Shown here: positions 1 to 10,487 of the stretch, in pieces
How positions within the stretch are numbered: the first letter of the stretch is position 1
Layout: every line of letters starts with the position of its first letter
NCBI GenBank assembly: GCA_009886115.1
Contig: VFJJ01000011.1
Location: forward strand, 91,348 to 155,347
From: Actinomycetota bacterium
GTDB lineage: Bacteria > Actinomycetota > Acidimicrobiia > IMCC26256 > VFJJ01
Length of the DNA: 64,000 nucleotides
Direction: 5' to 3'
The notes under the pieces: model-generated
The model's input: only the letters and a program-made list of their open reading frames with translations
Database searches by the model: none
Told to the model about the DNA's origin: nothing
Position numbers and translations under genes: made by a program

Positions 1-48
1 TTGTTCCCAGAGACCACGCCAGCGACCCAACCACCAAGCGGGGAGAGG

Positions 49-285
49 CCCATGTCCGGACTGAACGGGGTGTTCGACGAGGGATTCCTGCGCCGGTATC
101 GAGAGTTGCTCGATGCCGAGACCGCAGCCTTCGACGACCTGGAGCACGCCTATGAAGAGGGCGACAGGGAACGCTTCGACCGGGATCTGGCCGATTGGCA
201 AGCCGTCCTCACGACCAAGCGCGACTTCCTCATCCGGCGAGGCATCGTGCAACCCCTGATCCTGGCTGACTCGGCGGTCGGCTGA
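49..285 (+). CDS. small hypothetical helical protein
   Basis: ATG at 49 after GGAGAGG; acidic helical sequence; start could lie further upstream. Confidence 0.55.
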   Translation, partial: PMSGLNGVFDEGFLRRYRELLDAETAAFDDLEHAYEEGDRERFDRDLADWQAVLTTKRDFLIRRGIVQPLILADSAVG

Positions 286-349
286 GAGCGTTCGGGCCAC
301 GCTGAGCCTTGGCACGGCAGAGAAGTCAGCCTCCTCACCCGGTCAGCCT

Positions 350-991
350 TCACCCGATCAGCTCCTCGACGAGCTCGTCAGCCAGCTCGACGAGCCGTCG
401 GGTCTGACCGGCGAAGAAATGGTCGGCTCCCTCGATCGTCTCCACGCGGGCGTTGGCCCAGGGCTCGACGATCGGCGACAGCACGGTCGGGCTGCACACC
501 TCGTCGTGTCGGCCCACGGCGATCAGCTTGCGCCGAGGGTCGCGTCCGACGGCGTCGGTCCCGGGGCCGATCCCGTGCTGGAGCGGCGGCGCCACCCCGA
601 ACCACGCGGCGATCCGCTCGTCGTCGACCGACAACGCCATCACCGCCCCGAACGACCAACCCTGCATCACCAGCGGTGTCCCCGCCGGCACGATCGTCGT
701 GAGGTGCTCGAGCGCAGCGCGCACGTCGTGAGCTTCGTCGGCGCCGGCCGAGTGGGTCCCCGTGCTGGCTCCCACCCCCCGGAAGTTGAACCTGACCACG
801 GTGACCGCCATCGTCGGCAGGGCTGAGAACAGCGTCGCCGGGACGATGGTGTGCATCGAGCCGCCGTAGAGCGGATGAGGGTGACACAGCACGAAGCCGG
901 CTCGCGGCCGTCTCCCCCCGAGCGCGACCGCGTGCTCGGCTTCGAGGCTGATCCCGTCGGTCGTCGTCAGCATGATCGATGTCGTGGCCAT
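350..991 (-). CDS. alpha/beta-fold hydrolase
   Basis: HPHPLYGGSM, RFNFRGVG, GWSFG nucleophile elbow, GADHFF His motif. Confidence 0.9.
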   Translation of the reverse strand: MATTSIMLTTTDGISLEAEHAVALGGRRPRAGFVLCHPHPLYGGSMHTIVPATLFSALPTMAVTVVRFNFRGVGASTGTHSAGADEAHDVRAALEHLTTIVPAGTPLVMQGWSFGAVMALSVDDERIAAWFGVAPPLQHGIGPGTDAVGRDPRRKLIAVGRHDEVCSPTVLSPIVEPWANARVETIEGADHFFAGQTRRLVELADELVEELIG

Positions 992-1106
992 GAGCCGTGA
1001 ACCTAGCGGGGGGCTCGGGTCGCTCACTCCCGGCCCGCGAGCCCGGGAGCTTGGAACGTGCGCCCCGACTCAGCAGGGGCCGCAGGGCGGCAGGACCGCA
1101 GTACCG

Positions 1107-1155
1107 CAGGGGCATCAGGGGCATCAGGGGCATTAGGGGCATCAGGGGCATCAGG
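1107..1155. repeat. 9-bp tandem repeat (CAGGGGCAT) x5
   Basis: Seen directly, one variant copy; intergenic, upstream of hisI. Confidence 0.9.
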
Positions 1156-1178
1156 AGGAGCCCGGGTACGATCGAGGG

Positions 1179-1562
1179 ATGTCCTACGCCTCAACGCCGA
1201 TCGACGCGTCCCCCGAGGCGCTGGCCACCGTGAAGTACGACGAGCAGGGCCTCGTCCCGGCCATCGTGCAGGAGCATGGCACCGGCCGGGTGCTGATGCT
1301 CGCGTACATGAACCCCGACTCCCTGGCCCAGACGTTGGCGACGGGACGTACATGGTTCTGGTCGCGGAGCCGTCAGGAGTACTGGTGCAAGGGTGAGACC
1401 TCGGGTGACCGTCAGTACGTGCGCGAGGCCTACTACGACTGCGACGGCGACACGTTGCTGTTCGTCGTCGACCAAGAGGGCAAGGGCGCCTGCCACACCG
1501 GCGAGTACTCGTGCTTCTTCCGCTCGTTCGGCGAGCCGACCGCTGCGTCCGCCGAGGGCTGA
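1179..1562 (+). CDS. hisI: phosphoribosyl-AMP cyclohydrolase
   Basis: [28 protein letters not shown] motifs. Confidence 0.96.
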   Translation: MSYASTPIDASPEALATVKYDEQGLVPAIVQEHGTGRVLMLAYMNPDSLAQTLATGRTWFWSRSRQEYWCKGETSGDRQYVREAYYDCDGDTLLFVVDQEGKGACHTGEYSCFFRSFGEPTAASAEG

Positions 1563-1570
1563 GCCCCGAG

Positions 1571-3253
1571 ATGACCGGTGCCGGCGCAGGTGCAGCAGCG
1601 GCGCCCCAGGTGTCGCGCGACGACGTGCGGGCCCTGGCTCGCGACCACACCATGGTCCCGGTCTGGCGCGAGCTCCTGGCCGACGTCGAAACCCCGGTCT
1701 CGGTGTTCGCCAAGCTCGTCGGCGACGACGACGGCTTCCTGCTCGAGTCGGTCGAGCACGCCGAGCGCTGGGGACGGTTCTCGTTCGTGGGACGCGATCC
1801 ACAGCTCACGCTCGTCGCCCACGGCAACACGGTCACCTGGCGGGGCCAGCCTCCACTGGGAATCCCGAGTGACCGGGGCGCGTTGATCGCGATCGAAGCG
1901 CTGCTGGGCCAGCTTCGCAGTCCCCGGGTCGCCGAGCTCCCACCCTTCCACGGCGGGCTCGTCGGTCACCTCGGTTACGACATCGTGCGCGAGGTCGAGC
2001 GCCTCCCCGACCGGCCCCCCGACGACATCGGCTTCCCGGACGCCGTCATGTCGGTGCCCCGCCAGGTGGTGGCGTTCGACCACTTCCGCCAGCGCCTGCA
2101 GCTCATCGAGCACCTGTACCTCCCGCCGGGCACGACCGACGCGACGATCGACCAGGCCTACGACGACGCCACCCGCCGGCTCGACGAGATGGTCTCGGCC
2201 GTCGGCCGTCCCTTGCGCTACCAGCCCGCCGCGCCGCCCGCGTTGCTCGCCACCGACGAGCTCGAGATGCTGCCCACGTCGGGCCCCTGGTCGAGCGACG
2301 GATTCCGGCGGGCCGTCGAGGTGGCGAAAGAGCACATCGTGGCGGGCGACATCTTCCAGGTGGTGCTGAGCCAACGTTTCGACATCGAGCTCCCGACCGC
2401 TCCCTTCGAGGTCTACCGGTCGTTGCGCCAGCTCAACCCCTCGCCGTACATGTACTTCCTGCGCCATCCCGAGATCACGATCGTCGGATCGTCGCCCGAG
2501 CCCATGGTGCAGCTGCTCGACGGGAGGGTGATCTCCCGGCCGATCGCCGGCACCCGTCGCCGGGGCCGTACCGAAGAGCACGATCGGCGGATGGCCGCCG
2601 AGCTGGCCGAGCACCCGAAGGAACGAGCCGAGCACGTGATGCTCGTCGACCTGGCTCGCAACGACGTGGGACGGGTGGTGCGCTTCGGAACCGAGACCGT
2701 CGACGAGCTGATGCTGCTCGAGCGGTACTCCCACGTCATGCACCTCACGAGCCAGGTGTCGGGCGAGCTGCGTGATGGGCTCGGACCGATCGACGTTCTG
2801 CGGGCGACCTTCCCGGCGGGAACGGTGAGCGGAGCGCCCAAGGTTCGGGCGATGGAGATCATCGACGCGCTCGAGCCGGTGAAACGTGGGCCCTACGCCG
2901 GCGTCGTCGGCTATCTCGACTTCGCGGGGAACCTCGACACGGCGATCGCCATACGCACCATGTTCGTTCGGCCGCGCGACCCCGTCTCCGGTGACGGCCC
3001 ATCGGCTCCCACGCGCTGGCTGGGCTCGATCCAGGCGGGCGCCGGGGTCGTCGCCGACTCCGAGCCAGCCGAGGAAGACCTGGAATGCCACAACAAGGCC
3101 CGGGCGTTGCTGTCAGCGGCTGCGGCCGCTCGCGACCTCACGCCGCTGGTGGTCGACGACCGCGCCGACCCGAGCGACCCGCACGACCCGAGCGACCCGC
3201 ACGATCCGCACGATCCGCATGATCCGCATGAACGAGAGGTTCGAGATGCCTGA
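1571..3253 (+). CDS. trpE: anthranilate synthase component I
   Basis: LLES, NPSPYM, PIAGT, EHVMLVDLARND, GAPKVRAM; trp operon context; C-terminal HDP/SDP repeats. Confidence 0.95.
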   Translation: MTGAGAGAAAAPQVSRDDVRALARDHTMVPVWRELLADVETPVSVFAKLVGDDDGFLLESVEHAERWGRFSFVGRDPQLTLVAHGNTVTWRGQPPLGIPSDRGALIAIEALLGQLRSPRVAELPPFHGGLVGHLGYDIVREVERLPDRPPDDIGFPDAVMSVPRQVVAFDHFRQRLQLIEHLYLPPGTTDATIDQAYDDATRRLDEMVSAVGRPLRYQPAAPPALLATDELEMLPTSGPWSSDGFRRAVEVAKEHIVAGDIFQVVLSQRFDIELPTAPFEVYRSLRQLNPSPYMYFLRHPEITIVGSSPEPMVQLLDGRVISRPIAGTRRRGRTEEHDRRMAAELAEHPKERAEHVMLVDLARNDVGRVVRFGTETVDELMLLERYSHVMHLTSQVSGELRDGLGPIDVLRATFPAGTVSGAPKVRAMEIIDALEPVKRGPYAGVVGYLDFAGNLDTAIAIRTMFVRPRDPVSGDGPSAPTRWLGSIQAGAGVVADSEPAEEDLECHNKARALLSAAAAARDLTPLVVDDRADPSDPHDPSDPHDPHDPHDPHEREVRDA

Positions 3254-4247
3254 GCTCACCGGAGCGGTGATCTTCGATCGCCGTGATCGCGACTCGGTGC
3301 TGGTGACGGGCCCCGACGCCGCGACGTTCCTGCACTCGTTGTGCTCGCAGGACGTCGCCGGCCTCGCCGACGGTCAGGGTGCCCACGCGCTGCTCCTGCA
3401 GCCGCAGGGGAAGCTGACAGCCGACTTTCGGGTGCTGCGGGTGGGCGACGAGCTGTGGCTCGATTGCGAGGCCGGGGTGGGCTCGGTGCTGGCGTCGACG
3501 CTCAACCGGTTCCGCATCCGGGTCAAGGCCGAGGTGATCGACCGATCACACGAGCTCGGCGTGATCGAGGTGCGCGGTCCGAGCTCCCTGGCGGCGGCGC
3601 CCGGGACGGTGCCTGAGACCCAGCACGCACACCTGCCCTGGCCGAGCCGGCCGAGCGTGCGGATCGTGCGGGCCGACTGGCCCGACGGCACGCCGGGCTT
3701 CGACATCGTCGGCCCGATCGGCGGAGTCGACGGTGGGCTCGATGGCGCGCTCGCCGACCTCGTGGCCACCGGGCTGCGCCAGGCCTCGGCCGACGAGCAC
3801 GAGTACCGCCGGATCGTCGCGGGCGTCGTGCGTCAGGGCCTCGACACGAGCGACGCGACGATCCCGCAGGAGGCCTATCTCGAGCGGACCGCCGTCTCGT
3901 TCACCAAGGGCTGCTTCCTCGGCCAGGAACTGGTGTGTCGCATCGACTCGTTCGGGCAGGTGCCCCGGCTGCTCCGTCTCGTGCACCTCGAAACCCCGGG
4001 ATCGGTCGAGCCCGGCAGCGAGGTCGTGCACGAGGGCGCCAGCATCGGCACCGTCACCAGCGTCGCCACCGAGCTCGGAGGCTCCGGTGCCGTGGCGATC
4101 GTCTCGGTGCGGCGGACGATCGCCGTGCCCGCCGCCGTCACGATCGAAGGTGTCGCCGGGCGGCTCGAGGTCCTTGCCGGCCGCGCCGACGACGATGCCC
4201 CCAAGCCTGTCGCTCAGGCTCGTCTGGGCCTGCGAGGCAAGCGCTGA
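3246..4247 (+). CDS. ygfZ: YgfZ/GcvT-like folate-binding protein
   Basis: KGCFLGQE signature; overlaps the trpE end. Confidence 0.88.
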   Translation: MPELTGAVIFDRRDRDSVLVTGPDAATFLHSLCSQDVAGLADGQGAHALLLQPQGKLTADFRVLRVGDELWLDCEAGVGSVLASTLNRFRIRVKAEVIDRSHELGVIEVRGPSSLAAAPGTVPETQHAHLPWPSRPSVRIVRADWPDGTPGFDIVGPIGGVDGGLDGALADLVATGLRQASADEHEYRRIVAGVVRQGLDTSDATIPQEAYLERTAVSFTKGCFLGQELVCRIDSFGQVPRLLRLVHLETPGSVEPGSEVVHEGASIGTVTSVATELGGSGAVAIVSVRRTIAVPAAVTIEGVAGRLEVLAGRADDDAPKPVAQARLGLRGKR

Positions 4248-4326
4248 GGCCCTCGCGCTACCCATCGAGAACGCGTGGGAAGCTGATCCCAGGCTCCGCG
4301 AACCGGGACCGTACACTGCTCGCCCT

Positions 4327-5124
4327 GTGACGATCCTCGACACCATCCTGGCCACCAAGCGCATCGAGGTGGCAGCACTCCGCCCCCACTCTGCTTCGAT
4401 CGAAGCAGCCGCGGCATGTGCACCGTCGGTTCGTGACTTCGCCGGGTCGTTGCGCCGCGCCGACGGTCGGGTTGCGATGATCACCGAGATCAAGAGGAAG
4501 TCGCCGTCGAAGGGGATCTTGGCTGCGGGGCTGGATCCGATCGCCCTGGCCCGGGCGTACGAGTCGGGGGGCGCGGCCGCATTGTCGGTTCTCACCGACG
4601 GTCCCTATTTCGCCGGATCGCTCGGCGACCTGCAGGCCGCCCGGAGCGCGTGCTCGTTGCCCGTGCTGCGCAAGGACTTCACGGTCGATGCGCTCCAGAT
4701 CCTCGAGGCCCGAGCCGAGGGCGCCGACGCGATCCTCCTCATCGTGGCCGCACTTCCCGACGATGGGCTGTTGAAGTCGTTGCACGAGATGGCGATCGAG
4801 CTCAGCCTGGGCGCACTGGTGGAAGCCGACGACGAGGGCGGCGTCGAGCGCGCCCTGAACGCCGGGGCCCGCATCGTGGGCGTGACCAACCGAGATCTCC
4901 GGACCTTCGGTGAGGATCTCTCGGTGTCGGAGCGTTGTGCCCGGCTCATCCCGGGCGACGTGATCGCCGTGGCGGAGTCGGCGATCCGCACGGTCGAGGA
5001 TGCCGCCCGGATGGCGGCCGCGGGCTTCGACGCCGCGCTCGTCGGCGAAGCTCTGGTGAAGGCCGCCGATCCGAGTGCGCTGGTCGCGGCCATGGCGGCG
5101 GCGCCCGTCTCACGTCGGCCCTGA
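4327..5124 (+). CDS. trpC: indole-3-glycerol phosphate synthase
   Basis: EIKRKSPSKG, SVLTD, LRKDF, NRDLRTF, AES motifs; GTG start inferred. Confidence 0.95.
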   Translation: MTILDTILATKRIEVAALRPHSASIEAAAACAPSVRDFAGSLRRADGRVAMITEIKRKSPSKGILAAGLDPIALARAYESGGAAALSVLTDGPYFAGSLGDLQAARSACSLPVLRKDFTVDALQILEARAEGADAILLIVAALPDDGLLKSLHEMAIELSLGALVEADDEGGVERALNAGARIVGVTNRDLRTFGEDLSVSERCARLIPGDVIAVAESAIRTVEDAARMAAAGFDAALVGEALVKAADPSALVAAMAAAPVSRRP

Positions 5125-5167
5125 CGACACCCCGATACTCGACGCCTGACGCCTGGCGGTCGAGCGC

Positions 5168-5911
5168 TCAGGGTTGGTACCGCTGGACGATCGCGGTCAC
5201 GACGCCGCCTTCCAGGGTGACGTCGAACCCGATGGCGAAGGCGTACTGGTACTCGGGATCGCTCCCGAGATGGCTCGGAGCCAAGAACGTGGCCCACGTC
5301 GCCAGGTCGACCTGGGCGAGGTCGCCGGAATCGCCGCCGCGCCCGTCGGCGCCCTGGACGGTGGCCCGCACGCCGTCTGCCACCGTGAGCGTGACGGTCG
5401 AGAGGTCGAGATTCTCGACGAAGTACCCGTTGGGTGCCCCGTCGCACTCGTCGAACTCCGCGCACGCGGCCTCGTCGGCCTCCAGGCCCGTGAGCCAACG
5501 CGCGGTGTCGAGAGCGATCGTCGAGGTTGCCGCATCGATGGCGTGCACGTAGCCGAAGTAGGTCCCGTCGTCGAGGGCCGACACGACGGTGGCCGGGGTG
5601 GTCGTGGCCGCTGCGGTCGCGGGGGCCGTCGAGGATCCGATCGGGGACACCCCGGTCTGGGTCACGTCGGTCTGAGGGGTCGAGGGAACGCCGCCGCTGC
5701 CGAGGGTCGTCTCGGGGAACACGATCCCGGTGGTCGGAGGGCCCGGCGCCACCGTGGCGACCGGAGCAACGGCGCTCGAGGGCACCGAGATCGTGTCGGG
5801 GGCCGGGGCTTCGACGCTGGCGCCGTCATCACCGCCGCAGGCATTCACCAACGCCACCAACGCCACCAAGGCCGTCACGACGGCCAGGATCTCCGCTCCT
5901 CGTTGATGCAT
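5168..5911 (-). CDS. putative lipoprotein with Thr/Pro-rich linker
   Basis: Signal peptide with LVNA-C-GG lipobox, low-complexity linker, small C-terminal domain. Confidence 0.7.
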   Translation of the reverse strand: MHQRGAEILAVVTALVALVALVNACGGDDGASVEAPAPDTISVPSSAVAPVATVAPGPPTTGIVFPETTLGSGGVPSTPQTDVTQTGVSPIGSSTAPATAAATTTPATVVSALDDGTYFGYVHAIDAATSTIALDTARWLTGLEADEAACAEFDECDGAPNGYFVENLDLSTVTLTVADGVRATVQGADGRGGDSGDLAQVDLATWATFLAPSHLGSDPEYQYAFAIGFDVTLEGGVVTAIVQRYQP

Positions 5912-6080
5912 TGGCGCAGACTATTGCCCGACGAGCGCAGCCCGCCCCACCCCGCCCCGCCCCGCCCTGCCCTGCGAGCTCGACTGGGCGCCGTCGCCAA
6001 CGTTGGCTCTCGCCGCACGGGGTCAGAACGGTGTGGCGGATACGCTGGCGCACCGGCCCGTCTCCGGGAGGCTGCCCACG

Positions 6081-6758
6081 GTGTTCGTGAAGATCTGCGG
6101 GATCACCAACGAGGAAGATGCTCTGCTCGCTGTGGCCATGGGGGCCGATGCGGTCGGGTTCGTCTTCGCGCCGAGCCCCCGTCAGATGAGCCCCGACGAC
6201 GTCCGCGACATCGTCAAGCGGCTTCCCGACGACATCGTCACCGTGGGCGTGTTCCGCAACGAGATGCCCGAACGAGTGGTGGAGATCATGCAACGGACGT
6301 CCCTCGAAGCCGCTCAGCTGCACGGCCGCGAGCCGTCGAGCGACGTCCGGTGGATCCGTGAACGCGTGGGCGTGGTCATCCAAGGGGTGACCGCGGGCGA
6401 CGACGCGTTCACCCGGGCCTCCGGAAGCGCGGCCGACGTGATCCTGATCGACGGTCCGCAGCCCGGCTCGGGGACCGTCTTCGACTGGTCGCTCGCCGAG
6501 GGTGCGCCGGCGGGGGTCAGGATCCTCCTCGCCGGGGGCCTCACGCCCGAGAACGTCGCCACGGCCATCGCCAAGGTCCGTCCGTGGGGGGTCGACGTCG
6601 CGAGCGGTGTCGAGCGGGCACCCGGGCGCAAGGACCCCGTGAAGGTTCGGCGCTTCGTCGAGGAAGCCAAGCTCGCGGGCGACGAGCTCGCCGATCAGGG
6701 CGGCATCCGTCGCGGGGCTCCCGAACGACCGTTTGATTGGGCAGAGGACGACCAATGA
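6081..6758 (+). CDS. trpF: phosphoribosylanthranilate isomerase
   Basis: [30 protein letters not shown]. Confidence 0.96.
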   Translation: MFVKICGITNEEDALLAVAMGADAVGFVFAPSPRQMSPDDVRDIVKRLPDDIVTVGVFRNEMPERVVEIMQRTSLEAAQLHGREPSSDVRWIRERVGVVIQGVTAGDDAFTRASGSAADVILIDGPQPGSGTVFDWSLAEGAPAGVRILLAGGLTPENVATAIAKVRPWGVDVASGVERAPGRKDPVKVRRFVEEAKLAGDELADQGGIRRGAPERPFDWAEDDQ

Positions 6759-8041
6759 CCACGAGCCCCTCTACCACCCGAGCCGGTGGCGTCCATCTCG
6801 ATCCGCCGGGCCCCGAGCCGGTCGGGCTCGGCCGATTCGGCGATTTCGGCGGCATGTACGTGCCTGAGACACTCGTTCCGGCGCTGGAAGATCTCACCGT
6901 CGAGTTCCGCACGGCCTGGCACGACACCGCCTTCCGGACGGAGTTCGCCGAGTTGCTCGGTTCGTACGCCGGGCGCCCGTCTCCGGTGACCGAGTGCCAC
7001 CGGCTCTCCGCGCATCTCGGGATTCGGGTCCTGCTCAAGCGGGAAGACCTGAACCACACCGGTTCGCACAAGATCAACAACGTCCTCGGCCAGGCGCTGC
7101 TCACGCGACGGATGGGCAAGAAGCGGGTCATCGCCGAGACGGGGGCCGGTCAGCACGGTGTGGCCACAGCCACCGTGGCGGCCCTGTTCGGCCTCGAATG
7201 CCGTGTGTACATGGGCTCGGTCGATGTAGAGCGCCAGGCGCTCAACGTCTTCCGGATGCGGCTGCTCGGAGCCGAGGTCGTCCCGGTCACAAGTGGCAGC
7301 GCCACCTTGAAGGACGCCGTCAACGACGCGCTCCGCCACTGGGTTGCGTCGGTCGAGACGACGCACTACATCCTCGGATCGGTCGTCGGCCCGCATCCCT
7401 TCCCGTGGATGGTCAGGGAGTTCTGCCGCGTCGTGGGTGACGAGGCGCGCGAGCAGTGCCGCCTGATCCTCGATGGTCGCGATCCCGACGTGGTGGTGGC
7501 CTGTGTGGGAGGGGGTTCCAACGCCATTGGTACCTTCACCGGGTTCGTCGACACCGACGCTCGTTTGATCGGGGTGGAAGCCGGGGGCCAGGGGCTCGAG
7601 TCGGGCCGCCATGGCGCGGCCCTGTCGCGGGGTGTTCCGGGCATCTTGCACGGAGCGCGGAGCTACTTCATGCAGGACGAGCACGGGCAGATCCTCGAAG
7701 CCCACTCCATCTCTGCCGGGCTCGACTATCCGGGGGTGGGCCCCGAGCACGCCAGCCTGAAGGCGAGCGGTCGGGCCGAGTACAGCCACGCCACCGACGA
7801 GATGGCACTCGTTGGGGTGCGCCTCCTGGCCCGGCTCGAGGGGATCATGCCGGCGCTCGAACCGGCGCATGCCATCGGATGGCTCGCTGATGCGGTCGGT
7901 CGAGCCGATGGCGTCGCTGTCGGCTCCACGGTGCTGATCACGCTCTCGGGACGGGGCGACAAGGACGCCGAGCAACTGGCCGAGCGCTACGCCGGCGCCT
8001 TCGGTCTCGAGCCGGTCGAGCGCGACGAACGTCCGCGATGA
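6755..8041 (+). CDS. trpB: tryptophan synthase beta chain
   Basis: [14 protein letters not shown] lysine, [27 protein letters not shown]. Confidence 0.97.
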   Translation: MTTSPSTTRAGGVHLDPPGPEPVGLGRFGDFGGMYVPETLVPALEDLTVEFRTAWHDTAFRTEFAELLGSYAGRPSPVTECHRLSAHLGIRVLLKREDLNHTGSHKINNVLGQALLTRRMGKKRVIAETGAGQHGVATATVAALFGLECRVYMGSVDVERQALNVFRMRLLGAEVVPVTSGSATLKDAVNDALRHWVASVETTHYILGSVVGPHPFPWMVREFCRVVGDEAREQCRLILDGRDPDVVVACVGGGSNAIGTFTGFVDTDARLIGVEAGGQGLESGRHGAALSRGVPGILHGARSYFMQDEHGQILEAHSISAGLDYPGVGPEHASLKASGRAEYSHATDEMALVGVRLLARLEGIMPALEPAHAIGWLADAVGRADGVAVGSTVLITLSGRGDKDAEQLAERYAGAFGLEPVERDERPR

Positions 8042-8838
8042 AGCTCGAAGCCCACCTGAGGCAGGCCAGGGCATCGGGCCGCAAGTTGCTCGTTCCCTAT
8101 GTCACAGGCGGCCTCGGCGGCGTCTGGATGGAGGCCATCGAGGCGGTCGCGGAAGCGGGAGCCGACGCGGTCGAGGTCGGGATCCCGTTCTCCGATCCGG
8201 TGATGGACGGGCCCACGATCCAGGAGGCGTCGCTGCGGGCGCTCGATGTCGGGGCCACGCCGGCCGGGATCAACGCCGATCTCGCCACCTTGCGCATCGG
8301 CATCCCGCTTCTGGTCATGACCTACTGCAATCCCGTGGCCCACATGGGTTTCGAGCGATTCGCAACCTTGCTGGTGGAAGCTGGGGTCGACGGCGCCATC
8401 GTTCCCGATCTCCCGCTCGACGAGCTCGATCCGTGGTCCGACGCCGCAGGCGCGGTGGGGCTCGAGACCGTGCTGCTCGCCGCCCCGACGACCCCCGACG
8501 ACCGGCTCCGCCGTATCTGCGAGCGTTCTCAGGGGTTCGTCTACGGCGTTTCCCTGCTCGGCGTCACCGGCGAGCGGCTGGCCTTGTCGAGCCAGGCCCT
8601 CGAGATGGCCCGGCGCCTCAAGCGCACCACCGACAAGCCGGCGGTGCTCGGGGTGGGGATCTCGAACGCCGAGCAGGCCGTCGAGGCATGCTCGGCGGCC
8701 GATGGCGTCGTGATCGGATCGGCGGTGGTGCGTTGCCTGCTGTCGGGCGGTGGGGCCGAAGCAGCCGGTGCCTACGTGGCCACGATCCGACAGGCACTCA
8801 CCGACGCCGGCGCCAGCGCCGATGCCGTGGCCGGTTGA
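8038..8838 (+). CDS. trpA: tryptophan synthase alpha chain
   Basis: [32 protein letters not shown] overlap with trpB. Confidence 0.97.
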   Translation: MKLEAHLRQARASGRKLLVPYVTGGLGGVWMEAIEAVAEAGADAVEVGIPFSDPVMDGPTIQEASLRALDVGATPAGINADLATLRIGIPLLVMTYCNPVAHMGFERFATLLVEAGVDGAIVPDLPLDELDPWSDAAGAVGLETVLLAAPTTPDDRLRRICERSQGFVYGVSLLGVTGERLALSSQALEMARRLKRTTDKPAVLGVGISNAEQAVEACSAADGVVIGSAVVRCLLSGGGAEAAGAYVATIRQALTDAGASADAVAG

Positions 8839-8851
8839 CCATGGATGGGGC

Positions 8852-10105
8852 ATGAGCCGGGGGGCCCCGCCCGCCGTTCGACCACGGGCCTGGATCGCCG
8901 TCCTCGCCGTGGCTGCCATGGTGGGCATCGTGGTGGTGGCCGTTGCCTGGTCGTGGCCTGGCGGAGACGCGTCGACCGGCGCATCGGGGACACTGGCCGA
9001 GCGGGTCGGTCGATTCTCGGCGGCCGCGTCATCGGCGGAGTTCTCGGTGGTCGTCGACTGGGAACGGCCGTCGTTGGACGATCCCGACTCGACGTTGGTT
9101 GTCACCGAGCGGTTCACCGGGTCGGTGACCGTCGAGATCCCCGGCCGGTCGGAGTCGATCCTCGACAACGGGACGTACCTCCGGGGCCGGTTCTTCGACG
9201 GTACGGCGGCCTATCTCCGCAATGCCCAGACGCTCGATGCCCTCGCCGCGGCCCGCTGGACCAGCCGCGAGCTCACCGCCGCCGAGCAGGCCCGCACGTT
9301 CGTCGACCGTCCGAGGTTCCTCCGCGACCTGTTCGCTGCGCTCACCGGCGGGGTCGTGGGCGTGCCCGCTGGAGGTCTCACACCGATCAGCTACGAGCTT
9401 GGCGCTGCGCCGGCCGTGACGTTCCTCAGCGACATGCCTTTCGCCACCGCGACCGTCGTCGTCTGGGCCCGCGATTCGGGCGAGCCCCAGATCGTCACGA
9501 TCGCCGCCGAGGGTCCGGGTCGTCTCGCGGCCGAGCTGCGTTTCGGTCGCTGGAATGCCCAGCTGCTGCTGGAACCTCCTGGCATCCTCGCTCTCGACCA
9601 GACCCCGTCGATCGACGATCTGAGCCTGGGTCAGTACTCGGGGGTCAACCTCGTCCAGCCAGCGACCCTGCCCGAGGGATGGGCGTTGCTCGAAGCCGAC
9701 GTGGTGGCGGGTGGGGCCGGACCCGCTCGCGGTGCGGTGCCCTGCGTGCACCCGGTCTTCACCTACGGCGATGTCTCCGAACCCACCGGCGCCGGTGCCG
9801 ATGCCGGTGAGACGCTGGTGCTCGAGCAGCTTCCTTCGACATGTCGAACCAACGTTCCGGCCACCGCGCAGGAGCTCCTCGCCGATACCACCCTCGGCTG
9901 GTACGTGGTCGTCGACGACGAGACGATCATGGGCGAGATCGCTTCGGGCTCGACCATCGTCCGCTTCACGACGACGCTGGCGGTCGAGGAGGTCGCGTCG
10001 ACCTTGGCCACCATGTCGGCGCTCGTCCTGCCCACCACCCCACCCACCACGGTGCCCCCGACGAGCACGACGAGCACGGGAGCAACGACGACGACGAGCT
10101 CGTGA
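8852..10105 (+). CDS. membrane-anchored exported hypothetical protein
   Basis: N-terminal hydrophobic helix, Thr-rich tail. Confidence 0.6.
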   Translation: MSRGAPPAVRPRAWIAVLAVAAMVGIVVVAVAWSWPGGDASTGASGTLAERVGRFSAAASSAEFSVVVDWERPSLDDPDSTLVVTERFTGSVTVEIPGRSESILDNGTYLRGRFFDGTAAYLRNAQTLDALAAARWTSRELTAAEQARTFVDRPRFLRDLFAALTGGVVGVPAGGLTPISYELGAAPAVTFLSDMPFATATVVVWARDSGEPQIVTIAAEGPGRLAAELRFGRWNAQLLLEPPGILALDQTPSIDDLSLGQYSGVNLVQPATLPEGWALLEADVVAGGAGPARGAVPCVHPVFTYGDVSEPTGAGADAGETLVLEQLPSTCRTNVPATAQELLADTTLGWYVVVDDETIMGEIASGSTIVRFTTTLAVEEVASTLATMSALVLPTTPPTTVPPTSTTSTGATTTTSS

Positions 10106-10123
10106 CGGCAGCGCAGGGGCGGC

Positions 10124-10462
10124 TCAGCGGCGGAGGCCGTGGCCGAAGAAGCCGCCCTTGGGCCGGGCGTGAGCGTGGAAATGGTCGGGGATGTTGCGCA
10201 TGTGGCCGTCGACGTAGTGTTCGCCGAAGACGTCGGTGGCTACGCGGCCCAGGTGCTCCATCATGTGTGAGCGGTGCTCGTCGGGAGGCTCGGTCCCGTG
10301 CCAGCGCCACACCACCATCGGCGTCGCACAGATCTCGCACTCTGCGATCCAACACACGTCGTCCTCGTGGAACCACGGTGTGATCTTCGCTGCTTCGCAG
10401 AGGTCACACCGTGGGTCCTTCACGAGCTCGAGAGCAGTCTCACTCGGCTCCGGCAGGCTCAT
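10124..10462 (-). CDS. HIT-like Cys-rich small protein
   Basis: CDLC, CEIC and HFHAH histidine-triad-like motif. Confidence 0.7.
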   Translation of the reverse strand: MSLPEPSETALELVKDPRCDLCEAAKITPWFHEDDVCWIAECEICATPMVVWRWHGTEPPDEHRSHMMEHLGRVATDVFGEHYVDGHMRNIPDHFHAHARPKGGFFGHGLRR

Positions 10463-10487
10463 CGCCCGGCTCCTGTCACGGTCGTCG

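Noticed and set aside
1107..1155. CRISPR array
   Set aside because: Contiguous 9-mers with no spacers; no cas genes or repeat-spacer arrays seen anywhere in the window.
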